Below are positions 14,001 to 25,922 of a DNA stretch of 64,000 bases, in pieces. This DNA comes from Basidiobolus meristosporus CBS 931.73 (taxonomy: Eukaryota; Fungi; Basidiobolomycota). Position 1 is the stretch's first letter. Every line of letters begins with the position of its first letter. The stretch is taken from NCBI GenBank assembly GCA_002104905.1, contig MCFE01000353.1, forward strand, positions 24,277-88,276, in the 5' to 3' direction. The notes under the pieces are model-generated. The model was given only the letters and a program-made list of their open reading frames with translations. It ran no database searches and was not told where the DNA came from. A program made the translations under genes and the position numbers.

Positions 14001-14161
14001 ATGCCACTTCGACCTGAACCATATAAGAATGCTTGTGAAAGTACTAACCATTCCTTTGAACTCGCTCTTTTAGACGACCTTTGCCAGATACAAAAGCCTT
14101 GCAACCGGCTCCGAGCACAAGAATGAAAGAGACATCAAAGCTCTGGCACAGTAATCGTTAG
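11052..14161 (+). CDS. KHC: Kinesin-1 (conventional kinesin heavy chain) family motor with short divergent tail; many introns, 3' end approximate
   Basis: [67 protein letters not shown], and the fungal kinesin-1 neck [15 protein letters not shown]...VWRSGGSVP. Later exons were inferred from branch-point/AG signals at ~13864 and ~14072. Confidence 0.85.
12898..12958 (+). other. Non-canonical GC-AG intron in the kinesin gene
   Basis: AAG|gcaagc...gctaaaccatag|GAA. The 61-nt removal restores the frame, otherwise a stop occurs at 12951. Confidence 0.65.
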
Positions 14162-15148
14162 ATTTACTGGTGAGCGCCCACATGTGAACACTGCAAAGAT
14201 GGGATGAAAAGACCATTCTGCTTGAGAATCTGAGAAAACGATCATAAGCAATTTGGCCACTGCTAGTTTTTTGGTCAAGTATACCCAGATTAGCAACCCA
14301 AGCTCCAGTACAACGTACTCGATATTGTCGACCCATAAGATTGAAAAACCGTAATCCTCTGATTGCCCTGCCGAGTCATGGTCTCGATGGTGCTAAAAGG
14401 TGCTTCTTCTGGTATGTTTGGTAGCACTCCGTGGACTGAAATGCTTGATACCAAAGAGGAAAACGCTAGCTAGGATAAACCCTCTTGAGCTATTAGTCTA
14501 CTGGCTGGACTGGCTTCCCATATTTTACCAGAATATTTTCGAAATCCCCACCTCTGTAGATATGTACATAGAGTCTAGAAAATCAACCGTGGTGGCACTA
14601 AGCCTAATGCATTGTACTCAGTCTTTTAATTAATAGCTTTTGGATCGGCCTTGGTTATCTTGTAACGCACAGCCTTGTAATATTTGCTAACATAGACTTT
14701 ATAACCACTAATACGTGCTCATAAAACGATCCAAGACCCGTCCTAAAAGCAATTTTTCCTTGTTCATCCACTGCACAGTGAAGAATTTTTGGTTTTAGAT
14801 GAGTTCATAGCATGACACAATTCGTGATCGGGTAAATCGACTTTTCTAACGTGGATGAAGCAGATCATGGCCATTGGTGGGCCATGATATCACACATCAT
14901 GACAAGCGCGTTAAACAAATTATATTGTTTTGTATAACATCTATACACGCATGCTACGTATTGTTGGTGTTGAGAAATTTTTCATATTCCAATGAATTCG
15001 AGTGGATTCGAGCTGATTTTACCTTGGGAACCCCCGCTTAGAAATCAATCTTGACCAAGTTGGGGCTTTGCTTACTGCTACCTGTTAGTTCTTTGTTCTT
15101 CTCCCCCAAACAGGCATCAATATCCTCTCCCACGCATAGATACAAGCG

Positions 15149-16269
15149 ATGTCTGGCTCTGATCTTACTCAATACTGGAACCCTTTGCATTTGGTTCGAC
15201 TTTTCAACGAGTACAAGGCTGGGCTTGGTCTCCCAAACCCTGGCTCTTACGAAGCGCTTCAACGTGAAGTTAAAAGTGAGCACAGCATCCCCAGATATGA
15301 AAATCCCAAGAAAACAGCCAAACTCACTTAATTTGCCTCTTTAGACACTTTCCTGACCAACCATGTCTTCGATGGTGCCAGAGCCGATTTGACCAAGGGT
15401 TTATCCCAGAACTTCCAAGTCACACACTCCTTCTCTCTTGGCTCCATGATCATGCCTCCCTCCTACAGCTTTGGAACCGTTTTCGTTGGAGCTAAGGTAT
15501 CTAGCGAGCCAAAAGTGATGTGAATATTCAATTTTTCATTCTGAACATTCGTAGTCTTTCCTCCAAGGTACTATTGACACCGACGGCAACTTGCAAGCCC
15601 GAGTAAACTATGCCTGGTCTCAAAACTTGGTTTCCAAGATCCAAAGCCAAGTAAGCGACGACCTGTTCGTGGACCCTTCCATGCCATCTAATATCTAACA
15701 CCTTTATCAAGCTTTCAAACCAACCTGGACACTCGATGCTTCAGCTCGAGACTGACTACAACGGCGATGATTTTAACCTGAACGTCAAGGCCGTCAACCC
15801 TTCTCCCGCCGAAGGCACCGGCATCTTTGTTGGCAGCTACCTTCAATCGGTCACCAAACACTTGTCAGTTGGTCTCGAAGGCTTGCTTCAGAAGCCTACT
15901 CCTGACATTGAAGAGTCCGGCTTGGCTTATGTTGCCAGATACGCCAAGGACAATTACATTGCCACCGCACAGTTCCAGGGAATGGGCGTGATCCAAGCCT
16001 CCTACTACCAGAAGATCAATGAGAAGGTTGACTTCGGAACCGAACTCCAAATCATCTGCGCCCAAGGACGCCGTGAGGCTGTCTGCTCCGTCGGTGGCAA
16101 ATTCGACTTCAGACAGGCCACCTTCCGTGGCCAGGTCGACACCACCGGCAAGGTTTCTGCTGTGCTTGAGGAGAAGATGGCCCCCGGGTTCTCCTTCCTC
16201 ATCAGCGGTGAGATCGACCACATGAAGGGTGCTAGTAGATTTGGGGTTGGCATTATGTTGGAAGCATAA
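15149..16269 (+). CDS. TOM40: Mitochondrial outer-membrane translocase subunit Tom40 (4 exons)
   Basis: LPNPGSYEALQREVK, FDGARADLTKGLSQNFQVTHSFSLG, LETDYNGDDFNLNVKAVNPS, FRGQVDTTGKVSAVLEEK; ends FGVGIMLEA*. Confidence 0.95.
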
Positions 16270-16590
16270 GTTGGCTCACTTCGGCACACACTCACAAAAC
16301 CCCTAAATCTCATCTATTTCATCATGGAACAACTCGCTTCATTCAAATATTTTAAGCATAAAAATCATTTCCTCCAGAATTCCAGTGATTCGTGGGCCCA
16401 CTTGACCAGCCGTAGAGTGTGCAATGGACTCGATGATTGGTGGCCAACACGATTGCATAGTGTGGGGTGGGGGCCGGGTCATGTGGCCATCTGGCGAGTG
16501 ATGTGTAAAATTAAATTGGTACTCTTTATATATGTATATGTTGAAGAACCTCGACTAAGTGGAAACAGAAGTGACGGAGTGCTAAAGAGA

Positions 16591-17945
16591 TTATTTGTAG
16601 AACTCGAAATCAATGTCGGTTTTCTTGACGTTGGATTTGTAGCCCTTTTCGATATCCTTGCTGAGGATGACATAGCGATTCTTGCGGACGGCTTGCATAC
16701 CAGCTTCTTGGCAGATGGCTGCGATGTCAGCACCGCTGAGTTTATCGGGACGTGACACGACTGTTGAGGAAGGGTGAGGTTAGGTAATGGTGTGTCGAAG
16801 ACAACTGCTTGGCCTACTTACAATCTTCCAGATCCACCTCTTCAGATAGGTTCATCTTGCCGGTGATTGTGGAGAAAATCAACCGCTTTTGACGACGGTC
16901 GGGGGTAGGGAACTCGATCTTGCGGTCCAATCTTCCGGGACGCAGAAGGGCTGGATCCAAGGTGTCGGCACGGTTGGTGGCCATAATGACCTTGATGTTG
17001 GAGGATTGGTCGAACCCATCCATTTGGTTGAGTAGCTCAAGAAGAATACGTTGCACTTCACGATCGGCACCAGTCTGAGCATCGAAACGTTTGGTGGCGA
17101 TGGCATCCACTTCGTCAATGAAGATGATGGCGGGCGAATTCTCTCTTGCTAGACGGAAGACATCGCGCACCATACGTGGGCCTTCACCGAGATACTTCTG
17201 GACAAACTCTGAGCCAACCACACGAATGAAGGAGGCGGTTGTGTGGTTGGCAACGGCTTTGACAAGCATGGTTTTACCTGTACCTGGAGGGCCGTAGAGA
17301 AGCACACCGCGGGGAGGATCGATACCGATCTGTCGATATAGGTCGAAGTGGGTCAAAGGCAACTCGACTGCCTCGCGGATTTCTTGCTTCTGAATATCCA
17401 AACCGCCGACATCGGAGTAAGAGACATCCGGCTTCTCAGCAGCGCTAAGTAGAGCAATACTGCTATCGGCCTCGGGAGGCAAGACATCAACCAACGCATT
17501 GGAGTGTCTATGTAGGGCTACTGAGGAGCTAGGCTTGAGGAGCTCACGATCGATAGTGCTTAAGATGCGCACGACATAATTGGAGCCGGTGGTAGAGCCA
17601 ACGATACCAGTGTGTTCATCAATAGGTTCCAAGAACTGGCCGATGACCAAAGGCACAGATTGGATTCTTTTTACTTCTTCCTGGGCTCGGATGAGCTCTC
17701 TCTTCAGATTCTTTTGTTCATCTTTGATGTATTCTTCCTGGATTTCCAAAAACTCTAAATGGCGCTGGAGCTTCTTGAGTTTGGTGTAGAGATCCTCGTC
17801 AGACAAGTTATCAAGAGCCTCGCTAGCGCTCAGGACAGCGGGTTCCTTGGGATTGGCAATGGACAGATTAGGCTTAGGGACGAAGCAGCAAGACAACAAA
17901 AAAACGAACCTGTGGTTTTTCGAGCACAATACCAATCTCTTCCAT
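16591..17945 (-). CDS. RPT3: 26S proteasome AAA-ATPase subunit Rpt3/PSMC4 (3 exons)
   Basis: [12 protein letters not shown]|EPAV..., [35 protein letters not shown]; C-terminus [13 protein letters not shown]. Confidence 0.97.
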
Positions 17946-18359
17946 GTTCAGGGGCTTTTATGTATACAATAGAAGGTAAGAACGCAAGCAGGCACGTTCA
18001 AAAATGAGCTATCAGGGGAGGGGGAGCAACTGTAAGCAGTGCGAAAGTTTAGTTTGTGGGAGTGGTTCTGCGAAGGGCTTATAATCAGTTTGGCCTACAA
18101 ATCATCGGAATTCGTACTGGATACCTTTTTTCTTGATTACGTAGTCAAGGACGAAAGATTTGCTCACCACTCATTGATCTGCCACATATAATCGTGCCAT
18201 CCTATGATTGTCGATGGTAAGCGGGCCCTGAGGTCGCAGCATAATCAAACCAATTTGAACAGAAACATGATCAATCCATTCAATAAATTCAATTTGCTTG
18301 GTCTAGTAAACACTCACAAGTTTTCCACCACTCAGTCTTGCTAGTGAATTCTCGCCAAG

Positions 18360-20120
18360 ATGACGGCCGTCGCGAAAACCACGAAGCGCACCACTCTGTA
18401 CGTAGTGTTGGTCGGGGTAGTCCTGAGACTGGGTCTAGCGTTTTTCTTTCAGGATGCCATCAAAGACAATCTGACGACCAGAGTGGAAATAGCCACCCCT
18501 GTGACAAGTTACAAAAGATGTAAGCAATCCTGGGCGTCGTATTTCTTTTGGCCCAAACACTCAACGCTTCCATCGTAGTGACCGAAGGCTTGTATCTCGC
18601 GCAGAACGGGGTTGCCCCTTACGATGGCGGGGTCTTCCATCAGGTCAGGAATAGCACGAAGAGTTGCTTTGACTCCAGTCTTACATACATATGCTTTCAC
18701 TAGGCTCCGCTGTTGTTGGTGCTATTCCAATTTGCCCGGAGGCTCCCTGAACTGTTTAGCTACCTTCTATACACCATAGTTGATGTTGTGATCGCTTTGG
18801 AGCTGCAAAAGATAAGCGCCGTGAAAGAGCTTCTCTATTTGAACAAAAGGAAACTGGAGGCCGAAGCAAAGGAGAATCCAAACGCTGTCGAGGAAAACTG
18901 GCTGATATCTGCCTTGTATCTTTTTTATTTGGCCAGCCGTGGGGAAGCGATCATTTCGACACGTTACATTGTCCTTGATTCTAACCACACTAGATACTTG
19001 TTCAACCCATATTCCGTTCTCACCTCGCTTGCAAGGTCCACCATAGTATTTACAAATCTTTGTGTCATCTTGGCCTTCAGCACCTCCTTAAGAGGTAAAT
19101 TGCGTATCCATCTATGTGTGCATGGAATGTGCCCTTACCGACATCGGTCTTAGGTAATAAGTTCTGGTCCATGTTCTGGGTCGCTATGGCTGCCTATTTG
19201 AGCTTCTATCCCATTATGCTCGTCTTCCCAGTGGTCATGATTCTGGCGCAGGGTAGCGGGCGTTCATTGAAGGTACATGCGAGAATTCAGAACGAACGAA
19301 GAGTCTGTATTCTAACAAACGGCTAGGCCGTTGCTCTTTCCAGCGCACCACTCCTCGTGGTTTGTTTGGGTGCCCTTCTAGGAGTGTCGTATTTGTTGGT
19401 TGGGTCGTGGCAATTCATTCCTGCCACGTATGGTGTGATGTAAGAATGAACAGCCTTCGTCAACACTTGAATGTTCACTAACACACATACAGACTTTTTG
19501 TATCCGATCTTACTCCCAATATCGGACTGTTCTGGTACTTCTTCATTGAATTGTTTGAGCAGTTCCGCTCCTTCTTTCTGCTGGTCTTTCAGTTCCACGT
19601 GTTTGTGTTTGCACTTCCAGTGTGCATCCGATTCAGGTCGGTTCGGCGTAGCCACTACCCTCGCTGCTAGCATGCGTATTGACAACTTCAATGTTTTAGA
19701 GAGCACCCACTGTTCGCTGGCACAATTCTATGCGGGATTATCGGAATCTTCAAGTCATATCCCTCCATTGGCGACGCCTCACTCTATCTGGGACTTCTTC
19801 CGGTCTACCATGAGCTATTCAAATGTAAGTTTGAGTTAGAAAGTTTTCGTCGCGCCCAACTAACATCGAATCGCCATCTAGATATGCGATACAACTTCCT
19901 GGTTGCCAATCTGTTTCTGTACTCCAGTGCACTGGCACCCATCTTCTGGCACCTGTGGATCTACCAGGGTAGTGGAAACGCCAATTTCTTCTATGCCATC
20001 ACGCTTGTTTATGGAGTGGGCCAAATTATCCTGATCATCGATGTAACCTATGCGATGCTTAGGAGAGAATTCGACTTGGATCATCCCGAGCACCGGACCA
20101 AGCTGTTGTTACAAAAATAG
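18360..20120 (+). CDS. GAB1: GPI transamidase subunit PIG-U/Gab1 (multi-exon)
   Basis: RVEIATPVTSYKR, PYDGGVFHQ, YLFNPYSVLTS, DLTPNIGLFWYFFIELFEQFRSFF, LWIYQGSGNANFFYAITL. Confidence 0.9.
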
Positions 20121-20483
20121 TTGGAAGGTTTGCTGGCATACGCTTGTATAGTTTGATTTTACTTGGACATGGGCAACAAATGTGTCATTTTTATTTCCCA
20201 TCCTTCGCCGAACAATAAACCTATCGATATTTGCACTTGGTGCACGACTGGATATTACAGACCCCATTTGCTCCACTTGATTTCTTCAGCGCTTTGTAGG
20301 TCCATGTTATCAAACGGCAAACATCCTGGCAACAACTACCGCTCAAAATGAACAAACAAGCAGCAAGAGGCGTGCTAGCCATGATCCAAGCTGCCAACAG
20401 CAACAGTGATGCTTCAAATCAATATTTAACAAGTCAATGCAAACAAAGGCTTTATTGTTATTTGCAATACAGGACCAGGATGC

Positions 20484-21022
20484 TTAGAAGACAAGAGCGG
20501 CACCCTAGACAAGCGGCATTGTTAGTTGGGCTGTATGGCATATCCACCCATGTTAGAAAACTCACCTTGGTCTTCTTGTCACCGCCAAGTTCGAAGTGCT
20601 TGCAACGCTTCAAGGAGAGTTGCATCTTGTACTTGCAAGCGGTGCACTCCAAACGGAGAACGACCTTCTTGGTGGTCTTGGCCTTCTTGTGGAAGACAGG
20701 CTTGGTTTGACCACCATAACCGGACTGCTTACGGTCGTAACGACGCTTACCTTGGGCGAAGAGAGAAGCCTTTCCGGTCTTGTATTGGGTGACCTTGTGG
20801 GGGGTGTGCTTACGGCAAGCCTTTCCCTTGCAGTAGGTGTTTCTGGTTTTGGGAATGTTGACCTGGCAAAAAAAGTACTTAATGAGCTGCACACCAACAT
20901 CCGGGGGGTTACAAGCCATCAAATACACCCTCCCGACTAACGCCGAGTCGATGGAAGATATCTTTGGAATGGCAACAGGTGGTGAAGTGATGGATACATC
21001 AGAGAAGAAGATGGCTTACCAT
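20484..21022 (-). CDS. RPL42: 60S ribosomal protein eL42 (L44/L36a); ATG-only exon 1, Pro at position 56
   Basis: M|[20 protein letters not shown]...[19 protein letters not shown]...GGDKKTK|GAALVF*. Introns 20863-21019 and one near the 3' end. Confidence 0.98.
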
Positions 21023-21267
21023 TTCGAGACTACTACCACCGGAACGGTAATGGAGAGAGAAAGAGAGAAGAATTTCCCAGCGACAATAACTTTAATCGAG
21101 TTCACACCAACTTCACCAATCATTTGAATTCTTCCATTTGATTCAGACAATCCCTAAAAAAAAGTCCTCATCCGGTGGACACAAATTGGTGCGCAGACTG
21201 GTATTTATTTTGATATAATGTAAGTTGGATCGTATATTAACAATATTTCTGTGGGATTCCCTCGTCA

Positions 21268-22540
21268 CTATGGCATGAGCTCATCCACCGACTGCGGATC
21301 ATTGTTTATTGTGTACCCCAAGGTCTCCAGGATTGCCAATACTCTAGGTCCGATTAGTCTAATGCCGCCATTCGAATCCACCCAGTGGGTTTCGCCAGGA
21401 ATGTCGTCCATTTTGTGTCTCATCAGGAAATCCGCGGTCCCGGTGTAAGTGTCGAAATCTAGGTGACTGATGGAGGCGCCTGGGATGTAAGGTCGAAGGG
21501 AGCTCTCCAAAAACACGATGGTCCGATTTCTCGTGAAGAACGCCAACCCCCGGCGTTTGGTGGCAAGCTGCATGGCTCGTTTGGCGATGTCGAAATCCGC
21601 GGAACCACTGAATTTCTGCCCAAAATCCTGCTCGTCGCTAAATTCTGTGCCGTGAGTTGACATGAATTTATTCAGCTCATCCGTCCACTTGGACAATGAG
21701 GCATTGGTGGCCGGATCAATCAGGTACCGGTCGAAGACATCCTCGTGGAAGCCATTAAATTGGAAATTGCCTTCGGGATTCTGATACTGCGGCAGTGGGG
21801 TCAGCCCGCGCGGACGGCTTTTCACATATTCGCTCCATGACGAGGCCAAGCCTAACCCGTGAACAAACTCGTGAACAGCCACATGGAGGAAATTTGGTTG
21901 GCCAGGCTGGCCTCTATCATCGGTCCTTCTTGGGTACCAAAAAGAATTCCTGGAGTTGAAGGAGGCCTTGATGTCTACCGGCTGAAACTCTGGAAGTTGA
22001 AAGGAATGAAGCTGTTTTGCCAGCGATTGCGGATAGAATCGGGTTTTTCCATCATCATCGATCATGGGTACATATCTGGATGGACTTGCAAAGCCTATGA
22101 AGAGAATCGAAGTTAACGCTCACGGGCTGCAAACGATCCAAGACCATTCTGCTGGTACCTAGTCTTCTCCCGCTGCAGTAACGATATTCGGTGCAGAAGT
22201 CTACAAAATTCACATCTACTACGACGGGCACCTTGAAGACAATCTCGTTTGCAATGATCCTTAGAGCGATGCGAATGGTTGATCGCACGGCTGCGCACAC
22301 ATTTGGGTTGGCATCACACCTAAAGGTACCTATCGTTAGAATGGACTCGTTCTGAAATGGCTCGGCTGAGATGTTTCGGATTGCACATGGTATCGCAATC
22401 CTGTGCAATCTTCTTGTGGGATCCGGAAGATCTAAGCAGATGGTGCCGTCTACGATCTGCTGGCTAACAACCTGTAAAGCAGGAAAGAGACATAAAACTA
22501 GTATCTGAACGATGGATTTCATGACACTGGACAGTTTCAT
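21268..22540 (-). CDS. Secreted HExxH (putative zinc-metallopeptidase-like) protein, 2 exons
   Basis: Signal peptide MKSIVQILVLCLFPALQVVS, Cys-rich N-domain, in-frame splice GRRL|GFASPSRYVPMIDDDGK, HVAVHEFVHGLG, distal GASISHLD...DFLM. Confidence 0.75.
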
Positions 22541-23536
22541 TGAGTATCCGCGGCGGCGATCATTCTTATACAAAGTGAACAAGGACAAGCATTACCTACA
22601 ATTCGATACAAACTCTGCGATCGCATTGTTACTAAGAAGCAGTCGAAACCCCAACAATGGGATATGCGCTTCCGACTATGATTCTTCCTCCGATCAGTAT
22701 TCTCTCTTCACTTCGAGCCACTACCATTAGCTCATACCCTGCAGCCGTCACCAAGAGCTTTGAAGGGGACAGGGTAGAGGCTATTTTCACGAGTGGACAT
22801 CCGCAAAATTGGTGCCATAAAGCTCCGAAGGCCTACACGATCACTTTCTATTATTCTACATACATGATGTGAGGGATCTGCTTGTTGACAAAGCTCCTTG
22901 ATATCATCAATCCGGGTGATGAATAGGCTGGTGCATAATCCAGATGATTCCATCCACATCACGCGACTCTTACAAGATAGATGGCTTGCTGGATGTCACG
23001 GGCCAGCTGCTCGCTAGTATTTGACTACATACCTCAGGGGCGTTGCTCCTACCAACTACAGCTTGAGTCAGGTGTGAAGAAATTGCCAGTATGCAGCGCC
23101 AGATCGGACCCGTACCTCCCATTAAGTAGCACTGGGCCATAGGCCACTGATCCTTACGATGCGTTGCCAATCCCATGAACGAACCAAGGGCTGATCGAAG
23201 GCACCTAGCCCCAACACGCTGCTTGATCCAGGCCGGTTTCCAACGTGCTGATGAAATGTCTACGATCATTTTCAGTGGGTGAGGCATGTCAACCATAACA
23301 AATTTCACTGTTCAGCATGTAGCATAGCAACCAACATTGCCACTTGAATCATCAACACAAGTACATAAGGAGTGGCGGGGTCATGCGCCTCTACAACCAT
23401 GTTCTCATCCCTATTGGTGTTGTGTTGTCAGCCTATATTTGCGTATGCATGGATAGAGCAACTCGATTTCCATTCAAATGCTTAAATAGGATTTCTATGG
23501 AAAGTTTGGGGGGGTTGACCAACTTGTAGACAGCCT

Positions 23537-23974
23537 ATGAGGTCATTGTTCGTATTCGTGTTTGTATTCGTCTATTCCGCCTTGATGGTTGTAGCCCAAG
23601 GCCCACCTTTGGATGCTCTGCCTCAAGCTTCTGCTCCTGCACCAGATACAACATCAGTAGCGCCAAGCCCAACCGCTACGAGCGAAGCAGCGTTTGCATA
23701 CAGCTCCAGAGATTTCGAGGTCGTTGACTGGGTTCTGATAAGTGGTGGAGGGATCCTCCTAATAATCCTCACCTACACCGCCTGGAAATTTGCATGGCTT
23801 GGGGTCTACCAGCGCAAGGGATCCCTTTCAGAGACCGAAGCTGCAACCGGACCAGGAAAACCCAGACCAGCACTTACGACCTATTCCCTCCCAGTGTCCG
23901 TGATCCATGCGATGAACGGAATCACGGGGACACAGAAGATCTCTACCGGGAATGTCTTCAACCATGCTGGCTGA
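23537..23974 (+). CDS. Hypothetical type-I single-pass membrane protein
   Basis: 145-aa ORF with signal peptide, P/A/T/S-rich ectodomain, TM WVLISGGGILLIILTYTAWKFAW and basic stop-transfer QRK. Confidence 0.6.
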   Translation: MRSLFVFVFVFVYSALMVVAQGPPLDALPQASAPAPDTTSVAPSPTATSEAAFAYSSRDFEVVDWVLISGGGILLIILTYTAWKFAWLGVYQRKGSLSETEAATGPGKPRPALTTYSLPVSVIHAMNGITGTQKISTGNVFNHAG

Positions 23975-24546
23975 TCAGAGCGGGGTTTTAAGCAAGTTCT
24001 TAAACAGCAATCGATTGCTGATGCGACTTTCCCTGGTTGCCACAGGCTGTCTACCTGAAGATTCGTAGATTCCATGCGTTGAGATCCCTATCATTAGTAA
24101 TCCACATCTGGCATATGATTTGCCAACTGTATGCGCCATACAGTTTGAAACATCCTTCGCCATTCTCACACAAACACAAGCTTACTGTGATTCCCAAATA
24201 AAATCCGTAGATGGCACATCCCATCGAAGTCTGATTTGTCCCGCAGTGGGATTTGAGTTTCATGGATCGGGACACTCTACGTTAGCGGATTCGTATTCAG
24301 AACATTTCCAAATCAGTCTCTCGATTTGACGTTTTTGTGATCTCCAGCTTGCCAGAAATGGGTGCGTCCGAGTATCCTAGGGCCCGAATTCGTTGGTGGC
24401 CAACATGTATCCAAGATCGATGGTGATGATCACTTCAACGTGTACCCGCACGATCAATTCGTTGAGGACTGGATATGCCGGGAGAGTCTCCGCATCCTCT
24501 CCTTATCCATCCTCTCTCTGCCCATCTCTGTTGCTTCTAGCGAACT

Positions 24547-25020
24547 ATGTCCAGGCCGAACATCTTTATTTTCGTCTACGTGGTGGCCGGTGTGGTGGCG
24601 GTGGCCAGCTTGATGGCATTTATCACCTTTATTCACCGGTATTGTAAGAGTTCCCCCCAGAAGGCCCGAGAGCAGACCCACTGCACTGAGGACATAGAGA
24701 TTCACCAGGGTGTACTGCGCTCACTTGACGCCCGCCAGAACTCCGACGGCAACACGGTGGTGATATTGCCCTTCTGGGTAGACCATGACACCAACAATGC
24801 TACGTTCATTCAGTCCTTTATCATCGACTCTTCAGCATCGGCTTCTGCTGGCTCGCAACTCGAACGTAGCTCTGAAGATCCAGAGACAGATCTTCCTCTA
24901 CCACTCTATACAGCAGAAGAATTACCGCCTGCATACAACCTTGCCAGACAGAACGAGGCGAGCCACCCACTGGAGTTGACCGCAGCAACGCCCACTCAAT
25001 CACCAGATAGCGCGAGGTGA
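24547..25020 (+). CDS. Hypothetical single-pass membrane protein with C-terminal LPxY/PPxY motifs (5' exon possibly missing)
   Basis: N-terminal TM IFIFVYVVAGVVAVASLMAFITFI and cytosolic LPLYTAEELPPAY. A pyrimidine-rich AG acceptor at ~24540 precedes the ORF. Confidence 0.55.
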   Translation: MSRPNIFIFVYVVAGVVAVASLMAFITFIHRYCKSSPQKAREQTHCTEDIEIHQGVLRSLDARQNSDGNTVVILPFWVDHDTNNATFIQSFIIDSSASASAGSQLERSSEDPETDLPLPLYTAEELPPAYNLARQNEASHPLELTAATPTQSPDSAR

Positions 25021-25527
25021 GCGGCCTCACGTGTCCAGCTACCCGGAAGAACTGAGGCTTTTTATACCAACCATCGCATGTAATTATCGACAGTCCACCT
25101 TTCCCACTCTCCTCTGAAGGGAACGGTCATCATGTAGAAACTTCATTATATTTCCCCATCTTCCCAACGAACGAAAGCATCCCACAGAGCCTGGTTCAAC
25201 CTGCAGTTCCAAGTGAACGGCCGATCGACCAGTATAAATAAACATCTCTCTTTAACTATACGAGGTGGGCTAGGTGAGGTTGATTTCGACATGCAGAACA
25301 ATAGGTTTATTATATAGGTTGCGGTTTGGTACACGGAGCTTGGTTCCTCACCCGAAGACGGGAAGGCTCTATACTATTCTAATGGGGAATCTATGGCACG
25401 ATCTAATTTTGGGTCTATGGTGGATATATAGCCCTTGATAGGTTGTATGGACATATATGTGGATGTCGCCTGGGTGGCGCTACGGATCGAGGCTTACCAG
25501 ATGTCCTGGCCTGGTTTGTAACGCCCC

Positions 25528-25922
25528 CTACCAAAAGTACATCCCCAGGTTTGCCAGGAATAGGAAAAGAAGTTCATTGGGCGATGCGAGGTGCGCCAGG
25601 TTCCGGTGATCAGGAAACGCCGTCTGTGCCGATAGTGCCACCTCAGCTTCGTTACCGTTGGGAAAATGGCCAGAGGGGGTTGGGAAGTAGTCTAGCCAGT
25701 CGGGCAGTCTGGTGCTAGTCCCGTCTGACTTTGCCAGCAGGTTGTAGGTCTTCGTGGGGGTTTGGGCGGCATCCACCATCTCATCGTTCTCTCGATACCC
25801 CTCCATTACCCCGCCACTTCCCCCCCTCCATGCTCTACTGTTTGTTTATTGGGATCTGTTGAAGGATTCGAGAGAGCGACCGGAATGACCGCTAGAGAAA
25901 TAAACAAAGCCAAGGGTTGCAT
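25528..25922 (-). pseudogene. Small secreted, possibly GPI-anchored protein split by a 1-nt frameshift in a G7 tract
   Basis: A 38-aa ORF with signal peptide (MQPLALFISLAVIPVALS) ends in TAA overlapping the ATG (TAATG, 25808-25804) of a 92-aa ORF with a hydrophobic tail ELLFLFLANLGMYFW. One extra G at 25820-25826 fuses them. TATATAAA lies ~45 nt upstream. Confidence 0.4.

Noticed and set aside
8602-14984. RRPE-like TGAAAAATTT motifs upstream of eRF1 (8602) and TOM40 (14974-14984)
   Set aside because: Short AT-rich motifs expected by chance; no supporting conservation data.
9296-20940. Long antisense or alternate-frame ORFs over eRF1, TOM40, RPT3 and RPL42
   Set aside because: Shadows of strongly biased codon usage in highly expressed genes.
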